Virus record (IMG/VR): IMGVR_UViG_2974672511_000001
Span: 12,919-76,918 of that record
Strand: one strand, 5' to 3'
Source: a virus
Lineage: Duplodnaviria > Heunggongvirae > Uroviricota > Caudoviricetes > Schitoviridae
DNA length: 64,000 bases
The position numbers were made by a program, and so were the translations under genes. Every line of letters starts with the position of its first letter. Within the stretch, counting starts at the first letter, position 1. Shown here in pieces: positions 10,346 to 21,300 of this stretch. The notes under the pieces are model-generated. The model had not been told where the DNA came from and did no database searches. It worked only from the letters and a program-made list of their open reading frames with translations.

Positions 10346-10897
10346 ATGACAGACACAACTGAAGATCTAAAACTACAAACACTTAAGAAGAAAGCAGATA
10401 TGCTAGGTGTGACTTACCACCCTTCTATCGGCATGGATAAGCTAAAAGAAAAGGTGGACGCAAAGATGGCAGAGACTCCTACTACAGACCCTGTAAACGA
10501 TGGTGCTATTAAGGTACTAGACAAAGGTGATGAAGCAACAGCTAAGCGACGTGAAGCATCTAAGCTTGTACGTATTATCATTAATACACGAGATCCGAAT
10601 AAGAAAGACTGGCCTGGTGAGATCTTCTCTGTAGGTAACCGCACTGCAGGCTTCTATAAGAAGTATGTTCCTTATGGTGTTGAGTGGCACGTTCCACAGA
10701 TCATCTTCAATACTATTCGAGATAAGAAAGTGCAGATATTTGTTGCAAGTACTGACTCCAAAGGTCGTAAGATCAAAGCTCCTCGAATCATCTCTGCATA
10801 CTCAGTTGAGGTTCTTGACCCTCTAACAGCAGAAGAGCTTGCTGACCTAGCTAAGGCACAACAAGCCTCTGGTCGATTAGAGGAAGGTAACGAGTAA
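10346..10897 (+). CDS. virion structural protein (183 aa)
   Basis: Late block. ATGA overlap with the next gene. Confidence 0.45.
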   Translation: MTDTTEDLKLQTLKKKADMLGVTYHPSIGMDKLKEKVDAKMAETPTTDPVNDGAIKVLDKGDEATAKRREASKLVRIIINTRDPNKKDWPGEIFSVGNRTAGFYKKYVPYGVEWHVPQIIFNTIRDKKVQIFVASTDSKGRKIKAPRIISAYSVEVLDPLTAEELADLAKAQQASGRLEEGNE

Positions 10898-11658
10898 TGG
10901 CACAAGAAGTGCAATTTGCTGAGATTACCGATGGGTGCCCTGAGGGTCAGGGCGTTTTTGATCAGCTGATGAAATCCATCAAGGCGCATCTAAAAGAAGA
11001 GTACGATGCACAACGTATCCGAGGTTCTGAGTACACTCAGGTTTACCTAAACAGTCTACAAACTGCGATGGGCCAATCTATTCAATGGCAACTAGGTGCA
11101 CAGATTGCAGAGAACCAAGCACTACTAATTGAGAAACAGATTGAGAATGCTGAGAAGCAGAACTTACTTCTGGAAGAGCAACGTCAATTACTCATTGCTC
11201 AAACAGCTCAGGTTGTACAAGCAACTGCTAATGCAGTACTAGAAGCGGACAACATCCCTAAACAAGGTGATGTCTTAGATGCTCAAGAAGAGCAAATCCT
11301 TAAGCAGGTTGAAGTGGCTACATCACAAGCTCGTAATACTGAATACCAAACTGATAGCGTACTACCAGCACAAGTAGCAATTCTAGATCAGAAGTTGATT
11401 ACTGAATCTGCACAGACACAAGACTCAACGTCTCAAGGTGTTGTTGAAGGTGTAATTGGTAAACAGAAGGTCTTGTATACTAATCAGGCGGACGGTTTCA
11501 TTCGAGATTCAGAACAGAAAGCTTCACGTATCGTGTCAGACTTATGGGGTATCTCAGTGTCAGCTGATGTAGATGGTGCAGTCATTCCAGACGAGATCAA
11601 CAAGACTAATATGGACCAAATGTTAGCTAAGCTTAAAGCTGAAGCTAATCTACCTTAG
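10897..11658 (+). CDS. virion structural protein (253 aa)
   Basis: Late block. Gln-rich coiled-coil regions. Confidence 0.45.
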   Translation: MAQEVQFAEITDGCPEGQGVFDQLMKSIKAHLKEEYDAQRIRGSEYTQVYLNSLQTAMGQSIQWQLGAQIAENQALLIEKQIENAEKQNLLLEEQRQLLIAQTAQVVQATANAVLEADNIPKQGDVLDAQEEQILKQVEVATSQARNTEYQTDSVLPAQVAILDQKLITESAQTQDSTSQGVVEGVIGKQKVLYTNQADGFIRDSEQKASRIVSDLWGISVSADVDGAVIPDEINKTNMDQMLAKLKAEANLP

Positions 11659-11672
11659 ACAAATAATTAAAT

Positions 11673-11706
11673 GGAGAGGGGAGGGCGAAAGCTCTCCCTT
11701 TTTTTA
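11673..11706 (+). terminator. intrinsic terminator
   Basis: GGAGAG...CTCTCC hairpin followed by T7 run. It lies inside the ORF-track start of the next ORF, so that start is probably wrong. Confidence 0.55.
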
Positions 11707-11709
11707 TAT

Positions 11710-13686
11710 ATGGGAAAATATCAACATTTAACAGGCTCCTTTGCTACTAACTTAAACTCGGTAGATGAACCTACGTCTAAATCAATAGTGGGCAAGATCT
11801 GTTTAAAACCAGACTACCCTCATAATAATGCTCTGTTAGCTCATGCCTATAATGGACTGTCTAACAGAATACACAGTGTCTATAACTATGCACGGGATGA
11901 GTACACTCTAGGGCTGCCTGAGGGTTATGGAGTATATCTTAATGATACTCCGGTAGAAGATATTCGTGATGCTGTTGTAAGTGATGTTGGGTTTGATGTG
12001 TTGTTACGTGAGGCTTTCTTGTCGCTACCTAACTCAGATATTATATCTAGGTGGTATGCTGCAGAGAATTGGGGGTGGAATTCTTTAACGGGGGCATTTA
12101 CTAATCCACCTCTATCGAGTACGGATGGGGATAATGACGTAACTATTATTGCTTCAGAGTTCGACCCTGAAGGTGATCTGAGAGTTACATTTGCTATTGG
12201 GGGTAATACGAACAGGGTCATACGTGTAAGCGATCATGGCTTTAACCTGGATGAGTTGTACTACCATGTATCTTACGTCCCTCTCAACGACACAGGAGTA
12301 GCTGAGGCTTACTGGTTCTATAGGAAAGGGGCAGGGCAACACCCGGACTTAGACCTTCCGGTTGAAGTAGTCTATGGTTCTCCATTTATGCCAGTTATTC
12401 CTCTAAGGGAAAACAACCTGTCCTTGGGCCCAGAGTGTGAGGATGGTGAGTATGTTCGAGATGGTAACGGTGATAAGATCAAACCAGATACAGAACTATA
12501 CAGAACATCTGTCAAGTTGTGTAAGAAGGCTCGTACAGACTTTGATGAGATTACCCGTGAGATTTCAGGCAACCCTGACATCGATCAGATAGATCATGCT
12601 TACTTAATCTTTGGTATAGACGTACGTTCTGATTCACCGGCAGGGAAGCACTACTTATTTCAGTTCTTCGAATCCGTTGCTTTAGAGACTTCTGGAGCCA
12701 ACGAGATAGTAATCAAGGATTCTAACTTCCATTGTAAAGTTACGTTCGATGATGTGGTACGTACACTCCACATAGGTAATCTAACCAAGAAGACTGAACT
12801 TACTTACGCAGGTAATACCCTAACTCTTAAGAGACAGATCAATGATACTGAATATGTACAACTGGTGGTTACTAATTTAGTACATACTAACTATGTTCAA
12901 GATAGGCATGCAGTGGTTACTTCATTAGCTACTAGTGCAGATGAAGAGAACTTTAATTTCATTATCCCTTTGAGATTTGAATTGATTAAACAAGATAGAG
13001 GTATGTTTGAGAGAGAAGATTTAATTAGAGAGTCGTTTAAGTTGGTATTTAATACGTATGAGAAGAAGAAGTTGAAGTGGTATCAGCGGGGTATCTTTAA
13101 GGCGTTGATAACTATAGTTGCTATCGTAGTGACGGTGTATACAGCGGGTGCAGGCGCAGCAGCACTTGCAACGGCTACGGCAGCTGAAGCTGTATTGCTA
13201 GCGGCACAGGCAATCATCTACTCATCTTTAATAAGCTTAGGCTTTAAGATGTTGGCGAGGATACTACCTCCAGAGGTATTTGCTATATTAGCAGTCATTG
13301 CAATAGTGGTGGCAGGTTCACAAGCGTTCGGTGGTACCGACTTTACTAGCTTAACTTCACAGGATCTATTACAACTAAGTAGTAACCTAGTTGAAATTAC
13401 CAACTACAGTATTGAAGCTGAGATGGATACTCTTTTAGGGGAGATGACAGACTTTCAAGACTACGCTTCAGAGCTAGAAGATGAGCTACTACTCTTAGAG
13501 GAGTCATTAGCTAATGAACCGTTGTATGATGTAGGTGCACTGTTATTACATCAGCCAATGTTTATCTCAGGTGAGGAACCAGAGAACTTCTATACTAGAA
13601 CGATTCACGCAGGCAATATTGGTACTCAATCGTTAAACGTTATAGAATCATATGTTGATTCTAAGCTTGAATTACCAAAACAATAA
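11710..13686 (+). CDS. internal virion protein with hydrophobic membrane-spanning segments (ejection/channel protein candidate)
   Basis: Start moved to the ATG at 11710, downstream of the terminator. C-terminal third has two or three long hydrophobic helices (IVAIVVTVYTAGAGAAALATATAAEAVLLAAQAIIY..., VFAILAVIAIVVAGSQAFGG). Confidence 0.5.
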   Translation: MGKYQHLTGSFATNLNSVDEPTSKSIVGKICLKPDYPHNNALLAHAYNGLSNRIHSVYNYARDEYTLGLPEGYGVYLNDTPVEDIRDAVVSDVGFDVLLREAFLSLPNSDIISRWYAAENWGWNSLTGAFTNPPLSSTDGDNDVTIIASEFDPEGDLRVTFAIGGNTNRVIRVSDHGFNLDELYYHVSYVPLNDTGVAEAYWFYRKGAGQHPDLDLPVEVVYGSPFMPVIPLRENNLSLGPECEDGEYVRDGNGDKIKPDTELYRTSVKLCKKARTDFDEITREISGNPDIDQIDHAYLIFGIDVRSDSPAGKHYLFQFFESVALETSGANEIVIKDSNFHCKVTFDDVVRTLHIGNLTKKTELTYAGNTLTLKRQINDTEYVQLVVTNLVHTNYVQDRHAVVTSLATSADEENFNFIIPLRFELIKQDRGMFEREDLIRESFKLVFNTYEKKKLKWYQRGIFKALITIVAIVVTVYTAGAGAAALATATAAEAVLLAAQAIIYSSLISLGFKMLARILPPEVFAILAVIAIVVAGSQAFGGTDFTSLTSQDLLQLSSNLVEITNYSIEAEMDTLLGEMTDFQDYASELEDELLLLEESLANEPLYDVGALLLHQPMFISGEEPENFYTRTIHAGNIGTQSLNVIESYVDSKLELPKQ

Positions 13687-13702
13687 CTCATGAGGAAATA
13701 TT

Positions 13703-14476
13703 ATGGCAAACTACATTACAGGTACTTATGGTACATCAAACGCCCCTAAATACACATACCATTCTGCACACCCACAGGCACAAGCACAACCGCTTAAACT
13801 AGGTCAGGGTGCAGCACAGGATATTGAACGAAGTTTATGGCAAGGTTTGGGCGTTACCCAACCTGAGTCCTATATACAGCAGTCGGGTGTGCCTGCAGAT
13901 CGATGGGCACCCTTTTATAGCGACACTGCCCAACGGCAACTATTCTCTATTGGTAATATTGGATTAGATGGTAATGCTATCGACCCTACACGGCAGAGTG
14001 GTATGGGTGGTATGGGTAATGACATCTCTTTAGGCTTTAACCCTTTAGAATCTTCTGGTACTACTGCTGGTACTACTGTCAATACGCAAGGTAGTACAGC
14101 TACTCTAGATACGTTAGGAGTTGATCCAAACATCTTCCAAGCAATTGGTAATCATACGGATGGTTCGTGGGTAGGTAATCCAAACATCGATAATGTAGGT
14201 ACTAACCCGCAACAACAACCAAACTTCTTAACTGGAGTAGGTAATACTATAAGTAATGGTTGGGAAGCTATCGGTGGTATGCAAGGACTTGCTACAGGTT
14301 TGAATGCTGTATCAGGTATCGGTCAAACTGCATTAGGTTTCCAACAGCTTGGTCTAGCAGAAGATCAGTTTAACTTTACACGTAACGCATGGCAGTCAGA
14401 TTATGATATGCGACTACAGGACTATAACCGTCGTGTAACTCGTCAAGATTCTAAAGACTCAGCACTAGCACAATAA
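13703..14476 (+). CDS. virion structural protein (257 aa, Gly/Asn-rich)
   Basis: Late block. RBS GAGGAA. Confidence 0.45.
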   Translation: MANYITGTYGTSNAPKYTYHSAHPQAQAQPLKLGQGAAQDIERSLWQGLGVTQPESYIQQSGVPADRWAPFYSDTAQRQLFSIGNIGLDGNAIDPTRQSGMGGMGNDISLGFNPLESSGTTAGTTVNTQGSTATLDTLGVDPNIFQAIGNHTDGSWVGNPNIDNVGTNPQQQPNFLTGVGNTISNGWEAIGGMQGLATGLNAVSGIGQTALGFQQLGLAEDQFNFTRNAWQSDYDMRLQDYNRRVTRQDSKDSALAQ

Positions 14477-14488
14477 TAAGGAGTAGAT

Positions 14489-15346
14489 ATGGCAGTAACA
14501 TGGCAATCAGTAAGCGCACCCAACTTTAGTGCTAGTAACAACTTAGCGGTGGCAGCCGGTAACACCATTACAGGTGGTATCGACCGTCTCGCTCAGTCAG
14601 CACAGGGTGTAGCAGATCAACAGAAGGCTGCAACTCATGCAGAGTTTCAACATAATCTTTTAGACCTCAGTATGAACCCTGACTTGAATAAGAACGAGTT
14701 CTTGAGCCAAGCATTGCAAATGAGTAAGGCTAATAACTTAGATCCTAACCAAGCAATGAAACAGATCGAATCTATTCGTAATGTACGTAACACTGCGGAG
14801 TCTTTGGATGGTGACCAACAGTTAGAGTTTGAGGGTATGCAGGCAAGTCTCAACGGCCTACAGGAAGTAGGTCAACAGAACATTCGTGCACAGCTAGAGG
14901 CATTTGACCAACGTAACCCACAGGTACGTCAGACCTCATTAGATTTGAATACATTTGAAGCTGGTGGCGGTTTAGGTAGTATCTTGAATGAGATGTATGG
15001 GAGTATTGAAGATACAGGTGACCGTGAGGAAACCTCCACCACTTTCAACAAGATACGTAAGGATTATGATAATGACTTCGTAGTTGCGCAAGCATTACAG
15101 GAGGTTGGTCTAGGTGAGGTAGGTTTTATCTTTGATAGTAGCCTTTTGGATTCTAAAAAGTTTAAAGACTCTCTAGCCTTCCATCAGAAGCGTATGGATA
15201 CATACCAAAAGAATGCAGAAGCACGTACTGCATTGCAGGGTGTGCTCCAACAGCAGTTAGGTTCAGATATCCAAACAGGACGTGAAGACCTCGCAAAGTG
15301 GCATCGAGACACTAAAGCGAACAACTTAAAGAGTTTTTCTTTCTAA
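14489..15346 (+). CDS. virion structural protein (285 aa)
   Basis: Late block. RBS AAGGAG. Confidence 0.45.
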   Translation: MAVTWQSVSAPNFSASNNLAVAAGNTITGGIDRLAQSAQGVADQQKAATHAEFQHNLLDLSMNPDLNKNEFLSQALQMSKANNLDPNQAMKQIESIRNVRNTAESLDGDQQLEFEGMQASLNGLQEVGQQNIRAQLEAFDQRNPQVRQTSLDLNTFEAGGGLGSILNEMYGSIEDTGDREETSTTFNKIRKDYDNDFVVAQALQEVGLGEVGFIFDSSLLDSKKFKDSLAFHQKRMDTYQKNAEARTALQGVLQQQLGSDIQTGREDLAKWHRDTKANNLKSFSF

Positions 15347-15399
15347 AACTGCCATTTTCCTCTAATATAGTCAGTTCTTAATTAAGAGGAATTAATACT

Positions 15400-18300
15400 A
15401 TGGCAAATATCTTTCACGGGGCCGAAGCAGTCAACCAAGTTGAACTAGCGGAAGGCCCTCTTTCACCTATAGAGCGTGTGATCGTAGAAGAGGAAGGTTA
15501 TGCTGATGCTCCATATGAAGACACTAAGGGTATTATCACAACTGGCGTAGGCCAGACAGGTGAATACTCAAGTATGTCAGTTAAGGAAGCTATCGCAGAC
15601 AAGACTCAACAGACACGTAACCTGATCCCTGCATTTGATTCTCTAGACGTAGATACTCAAGCACAGTTGGTTTCAGCTATGTACCGTGGCGATTTGGGCC
15701 AAAGTCCCAAAGCAGTAGCCCTATTCAACCAAGGTAACTATGCTGAGGCTGCCGACGAGTTTCTAAATAATGAAGAATATCGTACAACCCAACATCCTGC
15801 TATCCAGCGAAGAATGGAGCGCAATGCTAATGCTATGCGTAACGCAGGTGCTCCTATGGAAGCTGCAGCAGAGTTCAACCTAATGAACAACCCTGAGATT
15901 GCTCCAATCACTTCTCAAACCACTGTACCTACTACAGGTGATAAGAAGATGGTTGAGTTAGAGACCCGTAATGCTGAGAAGATGGCACAGATGGCTGAGA
16001 CTTCTCACAACAACAAACTCAAAGCTGCTGGCATGACTACTGAACAGTTCTCTGCATTGGATCAAACCTTTGAAGAGTACGTTGCTTCTGGTGATACAAT
16101 GGAAGCTGCTTCACGTGCTACTTTCTACCTAGAAGCTGAGCGTACTAGAGAGGAACTCACTGCAGCAATCAATGCTCCAGAAGACAAGGTTATATTCGAT
16201 GACTTGGATAACCCTCTACACTTCGCAGGCAACACTGCTCTATCTACCCTTAATACTATTGGTAATATCTTTGGTGGTTTAGCTTCAATGCCTTCAGAGA
16301 TTAGTGCCGGCCTACTACTATCAAGTGTTAGTGATGAAGAGATGGCTATGTACACTCAGCTTCAGGGACGCGCAGAAGATTTATGGACTGATGAAGAACG
16401 TAAGTGGTACCAAGACAATCGTAGAGCAGTAGCAAACATTCAGCGAGCTGAGACCCAGCTTACTGCGAGTGGTAATCTTAGTGATATAACTGGTGCACTT
16501 GCACCTTATGTTAACCAAGAACTTACTGAAGACTTCAGGGCAGAAGGTAAAAGCATCTTCGATGATGCTGTAGCAGGTGAGTCTTCAGCCGGTGAAGTTT
16601 TTGCCCGCCTAACAGATCTATTTACTGATAACCCCGGTGCACTTGCCCAAGCTACTGTGGAGTCTTTACCATACTGGTTTGCAATTGCATACAGTATGCC
16701 TATGACTTTTGCATCTGGTTGGGCGAATAACCAGCAAGAAGCTGTAACTGCATTTGAGACTGCTAACGGAACTCTACCTACTGATTCAGATCTAGCTAAG
16801 GTCACTGCGTTAACGTTTACACAGGCACTTATGGACTTGGCAGGTGACCGTCTAGTGACTGGTGGTGCAGCAAACCTTAAGAAGACTGCAGCAGCCATTA
16901 CAGGTAAAGAAGTAGTAGCAAAAGGTGTACTAGCCGCAACAGGTCGTGCAGCTGTATCAGCAGCCGGTGATTTTGGAGCAGAGGGTGGTGCAGATGCATT
17001 AGGCCAACTAGCAGCAACAGCAGGTGAAGGTGATGTAGATTTCGGTGAATCATTTGGTGCCGGTCTATTAGGTGCAGGTTCTAGTGCAATGACCTCTGGT
17101 GTTATTGATACTCCCCAAGTACTAGCATCAGTAGGTAAAGCTACTGCAAATACTTCAAAGAAAGCGGTAGATACTGCTAAAGAAGTTAAGACAGGCGTGA
17201 ACTACTCAAAGGCTATTAAAGCTAATGATCCTACTGCACTGCCTGAACAAGGTGCTAAAGGTTATGATGCTAAGCAAGACGCTGAAGCACGTACCTCTAT
17301 GCTTGAATCAGGTAAACTAGAAGAGTCAGTAGCTAAAGAGAACTACAGCCAAATCATCAAAGATGCTAATACCCGTATTAAAGAGTTCCAAGCACTTAAA
17401 GCTAAGATAGATGCTGGTGACACTTCTGTACAGGCTGAAGCAGTTGCTCTACGTAAAGAGATTGCTGCTATTGCTCCTATCATTAAACGTGCTAAAGCTT
17501 CTCGTGCGCCTAAGAATGTACAAGCACAAGCTACTAACTTGGCAACAGCAAAGACTAATAATAGTAACACCCAAGCAGCAGTTAATACTGTTCTTGGTTC
17601 TATGTCTCAGGATCCTCAAGCTATTCCAGTTGAAACTGTAAAGCAGATACTAGACAACAAGTACATCAAACTTACTGCATTCCAACGTGCACGTATGAAC
17701 GCTAACTTGACTACACGTAGTGCAGAAGTAAGCCTAGACGAGGTAAGCCGTGAGATCATCCAAGGTAGTGAAGCTAATATGGGTGTTCGTCAATACGTAG
17801 CAGACGTACTGGCAGCAGCAGAGATTGGAGATACCAATACAGTTAATACACTAATTACAGGTCTTCGTAGTTTCCGTACTAGCCAAGTTGCTAAACTAAA
17901 TCGTGAAGGTAACACTGCAAACTTCACTAAGAACGTAACTAAAGAAATCCGTTACATGGATGCAGCTCTTAACGAGATGCGCATAGCAATAGGAGATTCT
18001 AATGTTTCTGATACTACTGATACTACTGTGGCTACTGATGATGTGGTGGCTAACGATGTACGAGAGGTAACTGAAAATGATAGCAATATTACAAGTGATA
18101 CTACTAATAGTGATAGCGACAGCGTTCCTGTCCCTTCCGAGGGAGTAGCCGAGCAACAAGCTTCGGCTCCGTCCGAAGCGCAGGTTGCGGAGGGTACGAC
18201 CCCTACAACCACTACAACTCTATCCCCTTTAGCTCAATCTCTTCCAGAGCCTATTCAGTTACCTGATGATGCTGAGATTAGTCAAAGTGACTTACATGTA

Positions 18301-21300
18301 GATACTCTAATTGAAGAAGCACAAGTGCTACTTGCAGAGGGAACTACATACGATCAAACAATCGAAGCGGTACGTGAACGTTTCGGTGACGAGACTGCTA
18401 ACTTTGTTGCTGATGGTTTGGACAGTGAACAGGCCGTGAACCAAGGTACTCTAAGTGAGCAACTTACTCGTAGCATTACACAAGCTCCAGAAGAGACAGC
18501 TTACTCTGTAGATCTTGATGCAGTGGACAATGTAAACACACGCCTTGAGAACGTAATTACTTCAGCTGGCTTGGCTCAATCAAGTCCCCATCTTAAAGAT
18601 GCTATGGATGGTGTGAAGGCAGCTATCCGTAGTGGTGCAACAGTAGCAGCTGCTGTTAAAGAGATCGTTCCTGCTTACACAGGTAAGCCGGTTAAACGAA
18701 TGAATACTTCAATCCGTAAGCTACAAGCTGACATCAACCGAGTACCTACTAATGTAGATAGCGGTATGACAGCAACGGAACGTAAGTCTTGGTTACAACA
18801 GGTGAACTGGGTAAAAGAGTTCTTTGCTCCTACTAATCCAGATAACATCTTACAGACTAATGGTAGTATCTTTGATCAAGCTAGTTCTCAACGTCAGGTA
18901 GAAGAATACATTGACCGTCCTCTTACAGATGGTGAACTTGAGCAATACATGGACTACCAGACTCGTCGTAAGTCTTTGCTTACAGCTCTAGACGAAGTGT
19001 TCAGTGCTGAAGGTTACACAGATAATTACGCCCTAGGTGAGACATACACTTTAGACGGTAAGACTGTGAAGAAAGCTCCTAAGTACAACGATATGATGCA
19101 GTACCTTGCAGAAGACGGTGAACTACCTACTGGCGTTAAAGAAGCTGTCGTAGCTGCAGCTTACAACTGGGTTGCTACAACTGCGAATGACACGCTATAC
19201 AACGAAGACTCAGCAATGAACAGTATCATTGGCGAGACTAATAGTGATGCTCATGTACATCGTGATGTACGTAACATCCTGCAAGGTAAAGGTACAACTC
19301 GTACTACAGTCCTTCAGTCACTTGGTAAAGATGTACTTGGTATTATCGGTATCAGCGGTACACGTAATGCTCCGGGTAACGTAGACACAGCGTTGGAGAC
19401 CTCGCTGGGTCAGTTTACGCTTGAAGTGATGAAGCAAGCAGGTGTTGTTAAGCAAGACCGACTTTCGACAGAAGAGACGAAAACGCTAAACCGTTTCTCT
19501 AAAGACTCTGATGGTGTTAGCCCTAACATCCGTTTCATTAAGGCGGCTGTAGGTAAAGACGGTAAGCTACACAACAAACTGGACCAAGTAACACAGCACA
19601 TGAAAGATGCTCGTGTATCTGCACGTGAGACTGGTACTCCGGCTGCATGGACACAGATGTTCGGTATTACTTCTCGTCAGGTATTCCCTGAGTTTGAGAA
19701 GCCTACTTCAGTAGCGACTAAAGTAACTGGTACTAACCGTAATGTTCCTCGTAAGACTCAAGAAGTTTTAACGAAGCACAATACACGTGAGCACTTCCTT
19801 AAAGGTGATCTTACAGCTATGGCTCAAACAATGTCTGAGACAGCTCATGAAGCGTTTATGGGATTACTTGGTGTAAGAGACCCTGAGACAGTTCATGTGT
19901 CACGACGTGAAGCACAGAAAGCAGAGAACCGTAACATTGAACGTGTGTGGGGTAACTTCGATGAGTTCTACCGACAGAACCTTGAAGTAGGTCTAGATCA
20001 ACCTCACTACTACACACACAACGTGTGGAAGAATGGTCGTTTTGGTATTGCACAGAATATGGTCAACCCTCAAGGTGACAAAAATCACCGTGCTTTCATT
20101 AAACAGAAAGGTTGGGATGTAGAACTAGATCCAAATAACATAGAGCAGATGAAACAGTTCTGGGCAGCAATGGATGAAGAACTAGGTTTTGATAATCGTA
20201 ATGACATGCCTAAGCATATTCAGGAAGCAGCTAATATTGCTCGTGGTTTCTTAGAAACAGATACATTTGAAGACGGTGACATTGAGACACTTTCTCAAAT
20301 CATTCGTACAGAGTTGGGTGGAGCTACTAACACAGCAATGCTTAAGTTAGATGCAATCATGCATATTGCACGACACGATATCGCAGTAGACACTAACGAG
20401 ACTTTCCAGTCTGAAATGTTTATGGAAATCGATGGTAAGACGAATGGTATCATCATCTCTCTTATTCAATACGGTGCAGCAGCAACTGGTATCGATCTTC
20501 TTAAATTAGTTGGTATGGGCGGTCTATACGGAGAAGGGGAAGTCCGTAACTTTAATGACTTTAAAAAGGCGGGTAATCTTGATGCGTACAACAAACTTGC
20601 TAAAGACTGGATTAAGAATCTAAGAGAAGCGTACACAGGGGCAGACGTAACAGCTATGTTCAAACTGTATGGTCTTATCGATGAGAAGGGTAATGCAATT
20701 CCTAAACAGGAACGTAACCTAGCGAAGAACCCTCTAATGGTAATCTTCTATAGTTCAGGTGAGAAAGCTGTTAAGCAGTCTCTAGGTTCGGCATTTACTG
20801 AAACTGTAATGGACAAATTGGAAGCAGCAGGTCAAGCCGGTGATCTTCAAGCGTACAACGCTCTACGTAACGACCTGAACACGATTGTTGCAGGTGCGCT
20901 ACCAGCAGTGACACAGGCGAGCCAGATTCTTGAAACAGATCTAAGCAATGCAACGCTTGCTAAGTTGGAACAGAAGGTAGGTGAAGTGTTTGGTGCAACT
21001 GCATACGCAGAAGTACAGAATCAGTACCCAGAGTACATGACCCGTCGTGACCAAGTTCGTGACGTATTTGATTCAATGTACCGTCGCCATGCTGTACTTC
21101 GTGAGAAGTTGATTGAGGCGCGTAAAGCACAGCTTGTTGAACAAGGTCAATTGACTAACGTTGAAGATATGGCGAAGCATGAGTATCGTGCAATCGATGA
21201 GCGTATTGCAGCAATTGGTCCTCACTTTAACTCTCACGCCACTAAAGGTGGTGATGTAACTGAGTCGATTGATCCAAGCAAGACTAAGACAGAAGTTGAC

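Noticed and set aside
11671-11709. ORF-track start MERGGRK for the 671-aa virion protein
   Set aside because: These codons form the terminator hairpin and T-run of the upstream gene. The downstream ATG at 11710 is preferred.
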